From NCBI RefSeq assembly GCF_963921235.1, contig NC_086097.1, positions 156,490,001 through 156,554,000 on the forward strand: a stretch of 64,000 nt of DNA, given 5' to 3'. A model generated the notes under the pieces. It saw only the letters and a program-made list of their open reading frames with translations. It was not told the origin of the DNA and did not search any database. Positions within the stretch are counted from its first letter, which is position 1. Each line of letters starts with the position of its first letter. This document shows, piece by piece, positions 38,545 to 51,790 of this stretch. The translations under genes and the position numbers were made by a program. Source of the stretch: Mobula hypostoma (taxonomy: Eukaryota).

Positions 38545-39392
38545 AATGATTTAATTGAATTTCTTACATCACATACATGAGGAATGAAAATCTTCATGTT
38601 ACATCTCCATCTAAATGTGCAAAGCGCAATCATTGTAATTTATAATAATTTATAGTAAATAGAACTCTCAATGTAACATAGAGTACACTCAAATCAGCGT
38701 GAATTCATCAGTCTGATGGCATGGTGGAAGAAGCTGTCCCGGAGCCTGTCGGTCCTGGCTTTTATGCTGTGGTGCCATTTCCTGGATGGTAGAAGCTAGA
38801 ATAGATTGTAGTTGGGGTGACTTGGGTCCCCAATGATCCTTTGGGCTCTTTTTTCATACCTGTCTTTGTAAATGTCCTGAATGATGGGAAGTTCACAACT
38901 ACAGATGTGCTGGGCTGTCCACACCACTCTCTGCAGAGTCTTGAGATTAATGGAGGTACAGTTCCAATACCAGGCAGTAATACAGCCAGTCAGGATGCTC
39001 TCAATTGTGCTCCTGTGGAAAGTTCTTAGAATTTGGGGGCCCATACCAAACTTCCTCAAACATCTGAGGTGAAAGAGGTGCTGTTGTGCCTTTTTCACCA
39101 CACAGCTAGTGTGTACAGACCACATGAGGTCCTCGGTGATGTGGATGCTGAGGAACTTAAAGCTGTTCACCCTCTCAACCCCAGATCCATTGATGTCAAT
39201 AGGGGTTAGCTCATCTCTATTCATCCTGTAATCTACAACCAGCTCCTTTGTTTTTGCGACTTTGAGGGAGATGTTGTTTTCTTGACACCACTGTGTCAGA
39301 GAGATGACTTCTTTCCTATAGGTCATCTCGGTATTGTTTGAGATAAGGCCAATCAATGTAGTGTCGTCAGCAAATTTAATTAGCAGATTAGA
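38545..39392 (-). mobile_element. Rex1/Babar LINE 3' fragment
   Basis: LIKFADDTT, then a 186-aa ORF (WCQENN, KTKELVVD, KAQQHLFHLR, IESILTGCITAWY). Confidence 0.9.
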
Positions 39393-39486
39393 AGCGCAAA
39401 TATATACATAATAATTTTAATTATTATGTGTACATGTGTGTGTTACATTACATAAGAAGTGCAAAAGATGTATATGTATATACTTC

Positions 39487-40225
39487 GCAAACACGAGGAA
39501 ATCTGCAGATGCTGGAATTTCAAGCAACACACATAAAAGTTGCTGGTGAACACAGCAGGCCAGGCAGCATCTATAGGAAGAGGTAGAGGCGACGTTTCGG
39601 GCCGAGACCCTTTGTCAGGACTAACTGACAGAAGAGCTAGTAAGAGATTTGAAAGTGGGAGGGGGAGGGGGAGATCCAAAATGATAAGAGAAGACAGGAG
39701 GGGGAGGGATGGAGCCAAGAGCTAGACAGGTGATTGGCAAAAGGGATATGAGAGGATCATGGGACAGGGGGTCTAGGGAGAAAGAAAAGGGGAGGGGGGA
39801 AGTCCAGAGGATGGGCAATAACGGATGGGGTACAAGGGGGAGGTGGGGCATTAACGGAAGTTAGAGAAGTCAATGTTCATGCCATCAGGTTGGAGGCTAC
39901 CCAGACAGAATATAATGTGTTGTTCCTCCAACTTGAGTGTGGTTTCATCTTTACAGTAGAGGAGGCTGTGGATAGACATATCAGAAAGGGAATGGTACGT
40001 GGAATTAAAATGTGTTGCCACTGGGAGATCCTGCTTTCTCTGGCGGACAGAGCATAGGTGTTCAGCAAAACGGTCTCCCAGTCTGCGTCGGGTCTCGCCA
40101 ATATATAGAAGGCCACATCGGGAGCACCGGACGCAGTATATCAGCCCAGCCGACTCACAAGTGAAGTGTCGCCTCACCTGGAAGGACTGTCTGGGGCCCT
40201 GAATGGTGGTAAGGGAGGAAGTGTA
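39487..40225 (-). mobile_element. Penelope-like (Neptune-type) 3' fragment: GIY-YIG end plus tail with degenerate hammerhead
   Basis: LIYCVRCSRCGLLYIGETRRRLGDRFAEH. The hammerhead motif at 39587-39622 has core CTGACAA (G8 mutated). Confidence 0.92.
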
Positions 40226-41104
40226 AGTGTAAGTGCTTTTTTCAGAACCGGAAAAAGTTGTGGATGTAAATTTTTTAAATGAAAGATGCGAGTGAAGAGG
40301 AAAACAAGAGAAAATAGAATGAAGGGATGGAGAACTGGAGAGATTAAATCACAATGGAAATAATGGAGCCAGGTAAAAAGACGTAAATAAATAAAAAGTA
40401 ACAAAATCAGTAGCTTCACATTTTAAGCATCAGAAGCATTTTCTGTTTAGAATTGTGTATGTGCTTTAAAAATCTCTGCTTAAGTACAACTCAAGTCCAA
40501 GTTATTTCTATGATCAATAAAAATATTCAAGCATAACATAAACTACTTGGCTCTGCTCGGTCACTTATCTTGACCTGCTGACTGAAGAAAGTGTCATTTT
40601 ACGTAGATTTTGTGTCAATTGATATTTCTATTTTATCAAAAACATATTATTGAGTATGATGTGTCCTGCACAAATTTAACCATCCTCCAAGACTTTGGAC
40701 TTTATCTGTCACTGTAGTTAAATGAAATGTGTCTCTGGGGCTGTCACAGAAATTTGAATCTCCACAGCAAAGTAGAAATGTGAGCTAAAAAGAAATATTC
40801 TATATCAATGTTCTGAGCGTACAGTTATCTAAATATCATGCATATCTGATAGGCTTGGCTGTAAAGTAGCTTCTCACTATCATTTATAAACTGATAATGT
40901 TTCATGATATCAAAATCTACCTTCATTGAAGACAAATATGTGGTTTTACAAGATTGGAGCAGTTGATGGTCTTGCTGGAAAAATAGGGAATAAACTCCAG
41001 ATTTTAACACAGCATTCCTCTGTGAAGGAGATTGCTGTGTTCAAATTGATTTGGAGGGCTATCGTTCTGTTCATCTCTCACACAAGACCACATGTACTTC
41101 ATGG

Positions 41105-42465
41105 TTCTTACTTCAGTGGTTAGTAAGTTGATGGAAAAGATCCTGAGAGGCAGGATTTATGATCATTTGGAGAAGCATAATATGATTAGGAATAGTCAGC
41201 ATGGTTTTGTCAATGGCAAGTCCTGCCTTATGAGCCAGATTGAATCTTTTGAGGATGTGATTAAACACACTGATGAAGGTAGAGTAGTAGATGTAGTGTA
41301 TATGGATTTCAGCAACGCATTTGATAAGCTACCCCATGCAAGGATTATTGAGAAAGTAAGGAGGCATGGCATCCAAGGGGAAATTGATTTGTGGATCCAG
41401 AATTGGCTTGCCCACAGAAGGCAAAGAGTTGTTATAGATGGGTCATATATGGAGGTTGGTGACCAGTGGTGTGCCTCAGGGATCTGTTCTGGGACCCTTA
41501 CTCTTCATGACTTTTATAAATGACCTGGATGAGGAAATGGAGGGATGGGTTAGTAAATTTGCTGATGACACAGACGTTGGGGGTGTTATAGATAGTGTGG
41601 AGGGCTGTCAGAGGTTATAGCAGGACATTGATCGGATGCAAAACTGGGCTGAGAAGTGGCAGATAGAGTTCAACCCAGATAAGTGTGAGGTGTTCATTTT
41701 GGTAGGTCAAATATGATGGCAGAATATAATATTAATGATAAGACTCTTGGCAGTGTAGATGTTCAAAGGGATCTTGGGGTCTGTGTCCATAGGACACTCT
41801 AAGTTGCTGCGCAGGTTGACTGTGTGGTTAAGAAGGCATACGGTGCATTGGCCTTCATCAACCATGGGATTGAGTTCACGAGCCGAGAAGTAATGTTACA
41901 GCTATATAGGACCCTGGTCAGACCCACTCGGAGTACTGTGCTCAGTTCTGGTCACCTCACTACAGGAAGGATGTGGAAACTCTAGAAAGGGTGCAGAGGA
42001 GATTTACAAGGATGTTACCCAGATTGGGGAGCATGCCTTACGAGAATAGGTTGAGAGAACTTGGCCTTTTCTCTTTGGAGCGATGGAGGATGAGAGCTGA
42101 CCTGATAGAGGTGTATAAGATGATGAGAGGCATTGATCACGTGGATAGTCAGAGTCTTTTTCTCAGGGCTGAAATGGCTACAAAAGAGGGCACAGCTTTA
42201 AGGTGCTTGGAAGTAGATGCAGAGGAGACATCAGGAGATGCAGAGAGTGCTGAGTGCATGGAATGGGTTGCCAGTGATGGTGATGGAGACAGATATGATA
42301 GTGTCTTTTAAGAAACTCCTGGACAGGTACATGGATCTCAGAAAAATAGAGGGCTATGGGTAACCCTAGGTAATTTCTAAAGTAAGTACACGTTCGGCAC
42401 AGCATTGTCGGCCGAAGGGTCTGTATCGTGCCATAGGTTTTCTAGGTTTCTATGTTTCTATGTTC
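41105..42465 (+). mobile_element. CR1 3' portion, degenerate
   Basis: SQHGF..KSCL, DFSNAFDKLPH and KFADD motifs. (TTTCTATG)n tail. Confidence 0.93.
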
Positions 42466-43483
42466 TGGGAGAGAAAGAATGTGAACATGAGGTTGAACAT
42501 GGATGTTGTGTCCCAGATGTTTAGATACGCAAACCAGGGTAGTATGATGTGAAGAGCTGTTGCCCATGCACACAGCTGATGAATCCAAAAGAACGGCAGA
42601 GACCGACACAGTTTGGCACTGGCAGCATTGTAGGAGTTGCCAGTCAGTGTTGAACTTAACATAGAACTGCCTTAGGGACTCCAGCTCTGGATTTTACCTT
42701 GGAATTTACTCCCAAAGTCTTCCCCATGAGTGAGCATATGCACAAGGCAGCGGAGGTTTGAGATCAATGCTTTCCTTCTTCTGGATTAGCAGCCAATTAT
42801 GGCTGATGAGCCCCATCTGCCCAAAGTAACTGGTTTTAAGCAGCAGTAATCCCCCCTTGCCCCTTCTCCTGTTAGTAGAAATAGTTCCACCGGGCTTAGT
42901 AGCTAAGCCACACATGAAAGTTGGGAACTGATCTTGGCTGTCAGAGGCTATTTTAGATGGATGCCATTAAGAGCATTTAATAGGTAGTGAAAGCTTATCC
43001 CCACTACACAACCCCCCCCCCAACCCCCATCCCACGACTCTAACAACCTGAAGGAACCAAGTGTGAACATGATACACAAGAATCAGAGATGAAAAAATCT
43101 GCAGATGCTGGAAATCCAAGCAACACACATAAAAATCAGAATCAGGTTTAGTATCAATGATATATGTCATGAATTTTTTTGTTTTGTGGCAGCAGTACAG
43201 AGCAAAGAAGGAATAGTGAGGAAGTGTTCATGGACCGTTCAAGAGTCTAATGGTGGAGGGGAAGAAGCTGTTCCTAAAACAATGAATATTCCTCTTTAGG
43301 CTTCTGTACCTCCTTTTTGATGGTAGTAATGAGAAGAGGGCATGTCCTGCATGGTGAGGGTGTTTAATAATGGACCCATAATGTGCATGATTTAAGGGGC
43401 CATTCTCCTGCTCATCATTGTTTGTGTGTTTCTGCCATTTGCAATTTTTGCTCTTTATATTGGTGTATTATTTGTCAATTTAG

Positions 43484-43510
43484 GCAAATGAACTTGCCCA
43501 AAAGATTAAG
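43484..43510 (+). other. Candidate 27-nt microexon (ANELAQKIK, phase 0-0)
   Basis: T-rich tract ..ttatttgtcaatttAG | GCAAATGAACTTGCCCAAAAGATTAAG | GTAAAA. Open frame. Confidence 0.4.
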
Positions 43511-45539
43511 GTAAAAAGTAAAAAAAAAATCAATTAGCATTGGGTTTGTTTCAATAGACCAATTAACATGTATGGATAATACAGGGGAAATATACTGCAT
43601 GGCAAAGAAGACATCACACTGGCACGTCCCCAATAATTAACTAAGCATATATGTAATAGGACCCACATTCAAATGTCTGCCCCCTGACTTTAAGGGTGTA
43701 ATGCACGTCCCTGCAAAAGACGCTTGTACCGACGTGACTAATCTGCAGATAGGGAATAGGTAGTTGGAAATAGAACAGTGGAAAATTGACAAAACATATT
43801 GGACTCTAGAGCCCAAAACTCAGGAAAAGAAGAGAGGCAGAGTACTGATTGAAAAAAACGCAAAGTTCTGATTGCTACTATCAAGGAGGAGGTATAGGAG
43901 CCTAAAGACTCACACTCACATTTTAGGAACAGCTTCGTCCCCTCTGCCATCAAATCTCTGAATGGACAATGAACCCATTTACATTACCTCACCATTTTTT
44001 GGTCTCTCTTTGCACTGCTTACTTAATTAAAATTTTAATGTAAGTTTTATTGCAATTTAGAGTTATTATTATGTTTTGCAAAGTACTGCTGCCACAAAAC
44101 AACAAATTTCACAACATATGCCAATGATATTAAACCTGATTCTGATGCAGATTTGCTTATCCTATCTCCAACTAGATATTTTAATGACAACTTGGATTTT
44201 GATAATTAATGACTGATTGCTTAACTGGAAAGCAGCCGGGCTCACTATTGAGTTGAATGCACATATAATTAAAGCCAACTAAAAACTGATTAGAACTTCT
44301 ATTTTGTTCAATTCCATTTGGGAAATAAGAAAAAAGAACTATTGGACCAAATGCAGACGAGAATAGATTTTAAACTGCAGAACACAAAATTTTAATAATA
44401 TTAGTTTTGTTTCAGAGTGGAAACTTAATCCATATATACTAAGATCAGCACTTCTGAATTTTTCTCCCTTGTCTTCGTCATTATCCAACTCAATGGGAAA
44501 GTGTTTTGTTTCCTATGTACACAGATAGAGGAGAGGAATCTATACTTATTATGGTTGACTTCACGATGAGAGAAATTTTGGAACTGGATACATTATACAA
44601 TTTACACCAAGGAAACAGGCTATTAGCCAAATAGAGCACATTGGGATCAAGTTCCACTTGAGTCTCTTCTCACACTACCTTATATAATGCAAATTTCAAA
44701 TTAAATTTATTAGTAAACTACGTATATGTATGTCACCATAAAGTACCTTGAGATTAATTTTTTTGAAGGAACTTACAGGAAAAATAGAATTTTACAAAAA
44801 AAATTCATAAACAAATAAGATTGACAGACACAACTGTGCATCTGGAGAAGTCTGCCAAAGTATTAGGTGAAATGCTGAATCTGAGCAAACCTCTAAGAAA
44901 TAGAGATGCTGTTGTGCCTTCATTGTAATGATGCTTATGTACACGTCACAGAACAGATCCTCTGATATGTTGACAACAAGGAGTTTAAAGCTACTGACCC
45001 TCTCCACCTCACTTCCACAATAGGGAGCAAAACTAATTATTATAAAGTATCAAGATCATCTGAAATAATAGTTCCAAATTAATCTTTGTATTCAGAATCC
45101 CGGCATTATTGTTTAAATGGTATTTGAATTAGCCCTCTTGCTTGGACAGAGAAATCAAATCCAACTATCTTGAAATTCTGGAATGAATACCTCACTTTTA
45201 TGCGTTTGGGACAACTTAACAGTGTCAATTAAATATGCTTGAGGCCCAAGTACTGGTATGATACATAAAATATTGCAGCAAATTTTCACACAGGAAGCTC
45301 TCACAAATAGCACATCCCACCCCACCACTGGTAGTTTCCCTGGAAGGCATTGTGCAAAAAGGCAACATCGGTCATCAAAGTTCCCCACTATCGGTGCCAT
45401 GCCTTATTTTCACAGTTACAATTGTGTAGGAGGTCCCACACCAACAGGTTAAAAAACAGCTACTTTCTTTCAATTATTTGGTTCTTGAATCACCAGAAGA
45501 GAACCCTCAAGGGCTGAGTGTCCAGCTCCTGAATTCTTC

Positions 45540-46082
45540 AGAGAATGCAGAGAGATTTAGAGAGTGCAGAGGAGATTTAGGGAGTGCAGAGAGATTTAGG
45601 GAGTGCAGAGGAGATTTAGGGAGTGCAGAGAGATTTAGAGAGTGCAGAGAGATTTAGAGAGTGCAGAGAGATTTAGAGAATGCAGAGAGATTTAGAGAAT
45701 GCAGAGAGATTTAGAGAGTGCAGAGAGATTTAGAGAATGCAGAGAGATTTAGGGAGTGCAGAGAGATTTAGAGAATGCAGAGAGATTTAGGGAGTGCAGA
45801 GGAGATTTAGAGAGTGCAGAGGAGATTTAGAGAGTGCAGAGAGATTTAGAGAGTGCAGAGGAGATTTAGAGAATGCAGAGAGATTTAGGGAGTGCAGAGG
45901 AGATTTAGAGAATGCGGAGAGATTTAGGGAGTGCAGAGGAGATTTAGAGAATGCGGAGAGATTTAGGGAGTGCAGAGGAGATTTAGAGAATGCGGAGAGA
46001 TTTAGGGAGTGCAGAGGAGATTTAGAGAATGCAGAGAGATTTAGGGAGTGCAGATGAGATTTAGAGAGTGCAGAGGAGATTT
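45540..46082 (+). repeat. Minisatellite of 19/20-bp units (39-bp higher-order dimer) derived from CR1 sequence
   Basis: Unit RGARTGCAGAG(G)AGATTTAG matches the CR1 codons for ERVQRRF and runs directly into the CR1 3' fragment. Confidence 0.95.
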
Positions 46083-46535
46083 CTAAGGATGTTGCCTGGA
46101 TTGGAGGGCATAGCTTATGAGGATAGGTGAGTGTACTTGGCCTTTTCTCCTTGGAATGACGGAGGATGAGAGGTGACCTGATAGAGATGTATAAGACGAT
46201 GAGGCACATTGATCGTGTGGATAGCCGGAGGCTTTCTCCCAGGGCTGAAATGGCTAAGCCGGTGCTTGGAAACAGGTACCAAGGGGATGTCAGGGGTAAG
46301 GTTTTCACACAGACAATGGTGGATGCATGGAATGCACTGCCTGCAGCGGTGGTGGAAGTAGATACAATAGGGTCTTTTAAGAGCCTCTTAGATAGGAACA
46401 TGGAGCTTAGAAAAAATAGAGGACTATGCAGTGGGGAACTCCAGACAGTTTCTAGAGTAGGTTACATGGTCGGCACAACATTGTGGGCCAAAGCGCCTGT
46501 AATGCGCTGTAAATGTCTATGTTTTATGTTCTTGT
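46066..46535 (+). mobile_element. CR1 3' fragment
   Basis: MRGDLIEMYK.MR.IDRVDS and WNALP motifs. 3' UTR as at 2385-2772. Confidence 0.92.
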
Positions 46536-47191
46536 GAGTTGCTGTAGTGCACCTTATAAATGGTGCACACTACAAGCACTTTCTGACAATGGTTAAGGAA
46601 ATGAATGTTTACAGTGGAAGGATTGAGCACCTTTTCAGTAAATTGCTTTGTCCCTTGATAGTACTTACGTTTTTAAGTGTTTTTGGAGACACACTCATCC
46701 ATGAAGGCAGAGAGTATTCTTGTATTTTTCCTCATAGACAATGGAAAGTTTAGAGAGTTGGAGGTGAATTACTCACTGCAAGACAGCCGGTCACCATATT
46801 GAATAGAATTAGCACAAGGTGATTTACAGAAGCACTGGAAATGATAGTGGACTCTTTGGAGTACATTTAAAATGAGCTTCATTGATTTGATGGCTATTTT
46901 TATTGAAGATTTTATTACTTGCTTATTCGCTTATTGAAGAAGAGAGTTTAAAGAGCAACAATAGATCATGCCAGTATTTGAAAAATGGAAGTATTCATAT
47001 TAAATTCATTTAACTTTGCCTTTTAACTTAAATGTGTGTAAATGTTTTGTAAATTTTACCAAGTATTAGTTTTGCTTTTAAAATGGACTTTATAAAGTAC
47101 TGGAAAGAATGGCTTTTTGCGAGATAAGAATTCACAAGGTACATTTACTTGTATCTGAAACAAGATTTGCAAAGTGTTAGGAAAATCTCAG

Positions 47192-48083
47192 ACACGAGGA
47201 AATCTGCTGATGCTGGAATTTCAAGCAACACGCATCAAAGTTACTGGTGAATGCAGCAGGCCAGGCAGCATCTCTAGGAAGAGGAACAGTTGACGTTTCG
47301 GGCCGAGACCCTTCATCAGGACTAACTGAAAGAAGAGCTAGTAAGAGATTTGAAAGTGGGAGGGGGAGAGGGAGATCCAAAATGATAGGAGAAGACTGGA
47401 GGGGGAGGGATGGAGCCAAAAGCTGGACAGTTAATTGGCAAAAGGGATATGAGAGGATCATGGGACAGGAGGCCCAGGGAGAAAGAAAAGGGGGAGGGGG
47501 GAAACCCAGAGGATAGGCAAGGGATATAGTCAGAGGGACAGAGGGAGAAAAAGGAGAGAGAGAAAAATAAAAAGAATGTGTGTATATAAATAACGGATGG
47601 GGTACAAGGGGGAGGTGGGGCATTAGCGGAAGTTTGAGAAGTCAATGTTCATGCCATCAGGTTGGAGGCTACCCAGACGGAATATAAGGTGTTGTTCCTC
47701 CAACCTGAGTGTGGCTTCATCTTTACAGTAGAGGATGCCGTGGACAGACATATCAGAATGGGAATGGGACGTGGAATTAAAATGTGTGGCCACTGGCAGA
47801 TCCTGCTTTCTCTGGCGGACAGAGCGTGGGGTTCAGCGAAACGATCTCCCAGTCTGCGTCGGGTCTCGCCAATATATAGAAGGCCACATCGGGAGCACCG
47901 GATGCAGTATATCACCCCAGCCGACTCACAGGTGAAGTGTCGCCTCACCTGGAAGGACTGTCTGGGGCCCTGAATGGTGGTAAGGGAGGAAGTGTAAGGG
48001 CATGTGTAGCACTTGTTCCGCTTACAAGGATAAGTGCCAGGAGGGAGATCGGTGGGGAGGGATGGGGGGGATGAATGGACAAG
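47192..48083 (-). mobile_element. Penelope-like (Neptune-type) 3' fragment with TSD
   Basis: 12-bp TSD GGAAAATCTCAG (47180-47191 and 48084-48095). Cys linker PCKRNKCYTC and GIY-YIG, frameshifted. Confidence 0.93.
47288..47323 (-). ncRNA. Minimal type I hammerhead ribozyme motif (core intact)
   Basis: Reverse complement AGTC-CTGATGA-AGGGTCTCGGCCC-GAAA-CGTC-AACT. One stem I mismatch. Confidence 0.72.
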
Positions 48084-48135
48084 GGAAAATCTCAGTATTA
48101 TTTAATGTCATTTAAATATATAATATGTGTTTAAG

Positions 48136-48186
48136 ATCATTCAGGTGATAGATTGCATCATAACAATTATTGGTTTCCTGTGATGG
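48136..48186 (+). other. Candidate 51-nt exon (x-HSGDRLHHNNYWFPVM, phase 1-1)
   Basis: gtttaAG acceptor (weak pyrimidine tract) and strong donor TGG|GTGAGT. Only one frame is open. Confidence 0.3.
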
Positions 48187-48794
48187 GTGAGTAAGATCAT
48201 CTTTAGATTGCAAACTTACTGTGACAAATGATGCATGGACACGATGAACTGGTGTGCAGCAGCAAAGTTAAAAAAGGGTAATGCAACCATAGAATTTTTT
48301 ATTAAGGATAAGTATTTTTCAAATAGACATTCAAAAGAAATTCTTCGAATGATGCAATTTCTGTGCAGAAGAGTGTGATCAGGTTTGCAGATAGCATTTT
48401 GTCTGATTGACTATGATCATCTCCCAGCCTCTGGCATTATTTTCGCTCTTCCCTCTCCCACGTGGCTCCACCTTTCCATCAACCCCTCCTTATCTGGATC
48501 AAGCTATTGCTTGCCAGCGCCTGCCTCACCCATCCCCTCACCTCTTTGTACTGGCTATCTCTTCTCTCCACTCACAATTCTGAATTAGGGTCCTGATTTG
48601 AAACACTGACTATCTCTTGGCCTCTGCAAATGCTGCCTGATCTCATGAGTTTCTTTAGTACTTTGTTGTATGCTCGAGGTTTCAGTACCTGCAGGTCTTG
48701 TGCAAACTTTTTCTTTCAGCTCAAAGATTATGTCACATTGGATATAAAATTGCATGCCTTCATTTTCACTGTGTTAAAGTCCAGTGTTAAAATC

Positions 48795-50592
48795 CGGCAA
48801 ACTAGCAACAGAGGAGCTGAAGGCAGTGTGGACAGGGCCAATGAACTTAACCTGTTCTTTAACAGATTCGACATTGTGGCCCTTGCCCATCCCCCACATG
48901 AGCCATCTGTTGTCAGCCCCCAACCAACACATATTCCACTCTCTCCCCCACCCCTCCTCACAGTTCCCCACCCTGCTCTCATAACTATACCCGTTCACCA
49001 CACGAAACCACCACGGTGGGCTTCACAGCTGAACAGGTGAGAAGACAGCTGAAATGTCTCAACCCAAGCAAGGCTGCAGGACCAGATGGTGTCAGTACCA
49101 GGGTGCTCAAAGCCTGTGCCCCTCAGCTATGTGGAGTACTTCGCCATGCATTCAACATGAGCCTGAGGCTCCGGAGGGTTCCTGTACTGTGGAAGATGTC
49201 CTGTCTCGTCCCTGTGCCGAAGACGCCGCGCCCCAGCGGCCTCAATGACTACAGACTGGCGGCATTGACCTCCCACATCATGAAGACCCTGCAGAGACTT
49301 GTTCTGGAGCTGCTCAGGCCTATGGTCAGGCCACACTTAGATCCCCTCCAGTTAGCCTACCAGCCCCGACTAGGAGTTGAGAATGTCATCGTCTACCTGC
49401 TGAACCGTGTCTACGCCCACCTGGACAAGCCAGCAAACACTGTGAGGGTCATGTTTTTTGACTTCTCCAGTGTGTTCAACACCATCCGCCCTGCTCTGCT
49501 GGGGGAGAAGCTGACAGCGATGCAGATGGATGCTTTCCTGGTGTCATGGATTCTTGATTACCTGACTAGCAGACCACAGTACGTGTGCTTGCAACACTGT
49601 GTGTCCGACAGAGTGATCAGCAGCACTGGGGCTCCACAGAGGACTGTCTTGTCTCTCTTTCTCTTCACCCTTTACACCTCGGACTTCAACTACTGCACAG
49701 AGTCTTGTCATCTTCAGAGGTTTTCAGGTGACTCTGCCATAGTTGGATGCATCAGCAAAGGAGATGAGGCTGAGTACAGGGCTACGGTAGGAAACTTTGT
49801 CACATGGTGTGAGCAGAATTATCTGCAGCTTAATGTGAAAAAGATTAAGGAGCTGGTGGTAGACCTGAGGAGAGCTAAGGTTCCGGTGACCCCTGTTTCC
49901 ATCCAGGGGGACAGTGTGGACATGGTGGAGGATTACAAATACCTGGGGATACGAATTGACAATAAACTGGACTGGTTAAAGAACATTGAGGCTGTCTACA
50001 AGAAGGGTCAGAGCCATCTCTTTTTCCTGAGGAGACTGAGGTCCTTTAACATCTGCCGGACGATGCTGAGGATGTTCTACGAGTCTGTGGTGGCCAGTGC
50101 TATCATGTTTGCTGTTGTGTGCTGGGGCAGCAGGCTGAGGGTAGCAGACACCAACAGAATCAACAGACTCATTTGTAAGGCCAGTGATGTTGTGGGGATG
50201 GAACTGGACTCTCTCACGGTGGTGTCTGAAAAGAGGATGCTGTCTAAGTTGCATGCCATCTTGGTCAATGTCTCCCATCCACTACATAATGTACTGGGTG
50301 GGCACAGGAGTACATTCAGCCAGAAACTCATTCCACCGAGATGCAGCACAGAGCGTCATAGGAAGTCATTCCTGCCTGTGGCCATCAAACTTTACAACTC
50401 CTCCCTTGGAGGGTCAGACACCCTGAGCCGATAGGCTGGTCCTGGACTTACTTCATAATTTACTGGCAGAATTTACATACTACTATTTAACTATTTATGG
50501 TTCTCTTACTATTTATTATTTATGGGGCAACTGTAACGAAAACCAATTTCCCCCGGGATCAATAAATTATGACTACAACTATGACTATGACT
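48795..50592 (+). mobile_element. Young Rex1/Babar LINE, 5'-truncated
   Basis: Uninterrupted 472-aa RT ORF. AATAAA followed by an (ATGACT)n tail. Confidence 0.95.
49016..50434 (+). pseudogene. Rex1 reverse transcriptase ORF, probably inactive
   Basis: KAAGPDG, LNDYR.ALTS, FFDFSS.FNTI and GAPQ motifs. The catalytic motif reads FSGD instead of FSDD. Confidence 0.85.
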
Positions 50593-50594
50593 AA

Positions 50595-50935
50595 TAACAT
50601 TGCTGGTGGAGCTCCGGGAACATAGGTTCAATCCTGATCTCCAATGCTGTCTGTGTAGAATTTGCATGTTCTTCTTGTGACTGCATGGGTTTATACTTGT
50701 GATCTATTTTCCTCCCACATCCCCACATGTGTGGGCTGGTACATAAATAGGCTACTGTAAGTTGCCCCTAGTAGTGCAGTTAAGTGATCAATTTGTGGAA
50801 AGGGGATGGTAGTTATTAGAAATGTGAGAATAAATGGGTGGGGTTGGATTAAAGTTAACACAAATGATTGACGTTTGGCATGGACTTGGAGGGTCAAAGA
50901 ACCTGTTTGTTTGTTGTATTTCTCTAGGTCTCAAA
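50595..50935 (+). mobile_element. tRNA-derived SINE, degenerate
   Basis: B-box GGTTCAATCC followed by GCTGTCTGTGTAGAATTTGCATGTTCT..GCATGGGTT. Confidence 0.6.
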
Positions 50936-51274
50936 TTCTCAATCCGAGAGACTGCCATCACCATGCAGACTAACTTCTTAATCATCTGCAACCATCTTCT
51001 TAAGAGTAGCTAACAACGGAAATAAAATGTTGATTCTGATTTTCACTGCAGTGATGCTATCTGATCTGCTGAGTCCTTCATACATTTTCTGTATTCACAG
51101 TGATGGATAATGAATGTTGTTCCCATGAATGTGCCCATGTTTTAAGAATTAATTACAAATGAAACTCATGTGGGCTAATATTTATTAAAGCAAGAGAAGG
51201 AAGAAGAGCGGAAGATGGTTGCTTTGAATTGAACCTCAATGCTGATGCTTTCATCAGGAAAGCACAGCTTCTTA

Positions 51275-51790
51275 CACTCAGTGGCCAATTTATTAGGTAC
51301 ACCCGTACATCTGCTTGTTATTGCAAATATCTAATCTGCAAGCATAACAGCATGCAGATATGGTCAAGAGGTTCATTTGTTGTTCAGAGCAAACATCAGA
51401 ATGTGGAAGAAACGTCTATGTAACTTTGACTGTGGAATAATTGTTGGTGCCAGACGAGGTGATTTCAGAAACTTCAGAAATTTCTCAGAAACTGCTGATC
51501 TCTTGGTATTTTTAGACACAAGATTCTCTAGAATTTACAGGGAATGTACAAAAAGTGATAAAGCATCCAGTGAGCAGCAGTTCTTTGGGTAAAAATGCCT
51601 TGATAATGTGAGAGGTCAGACTGAGCAGACTGTTTCAAATTGACTGGAAGGAGACAGTAACTCAAGTAACCACACATTACAACAGCGGTGTGCAGGGTGT
51701 GCGTCTCTGCACAAAACATCGAATCTTGAAGTGGATGGGCTATAGTAACAGAAGAGTATAACCATACACTCAGTGATAACTTTATGTTGG
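51275..51790 (+). mobile_element. Tc1-derived non-autonomous element
   Basis: TA-CACTCAGTGGCCAATTTATTAGGTACACC terminus. Transposase HTH remnant (FDCGIIVGARR, SETADLL.F). The terminal motif recurs in the same orientation at about 51765. Confidence 0.72.

Noticed and set aside
45540..46082. Regular short repeats as a possible CRISPR array or repeat-protein gene (ORFs 45794-46057 and 45787-46401)
   Set aside because: There are no unique spacers and the context is eukaryotic. The unit derives from CR1, and the ORFs are by-products of the 39-bp period.
48570..48615. Further hammerhead-like remnant (CTGAATTAGGGTCC..TGAAACACTGAC)
   Set aside because: Core and stems are too decayed to call. It is probably an old Penelope tail relic.
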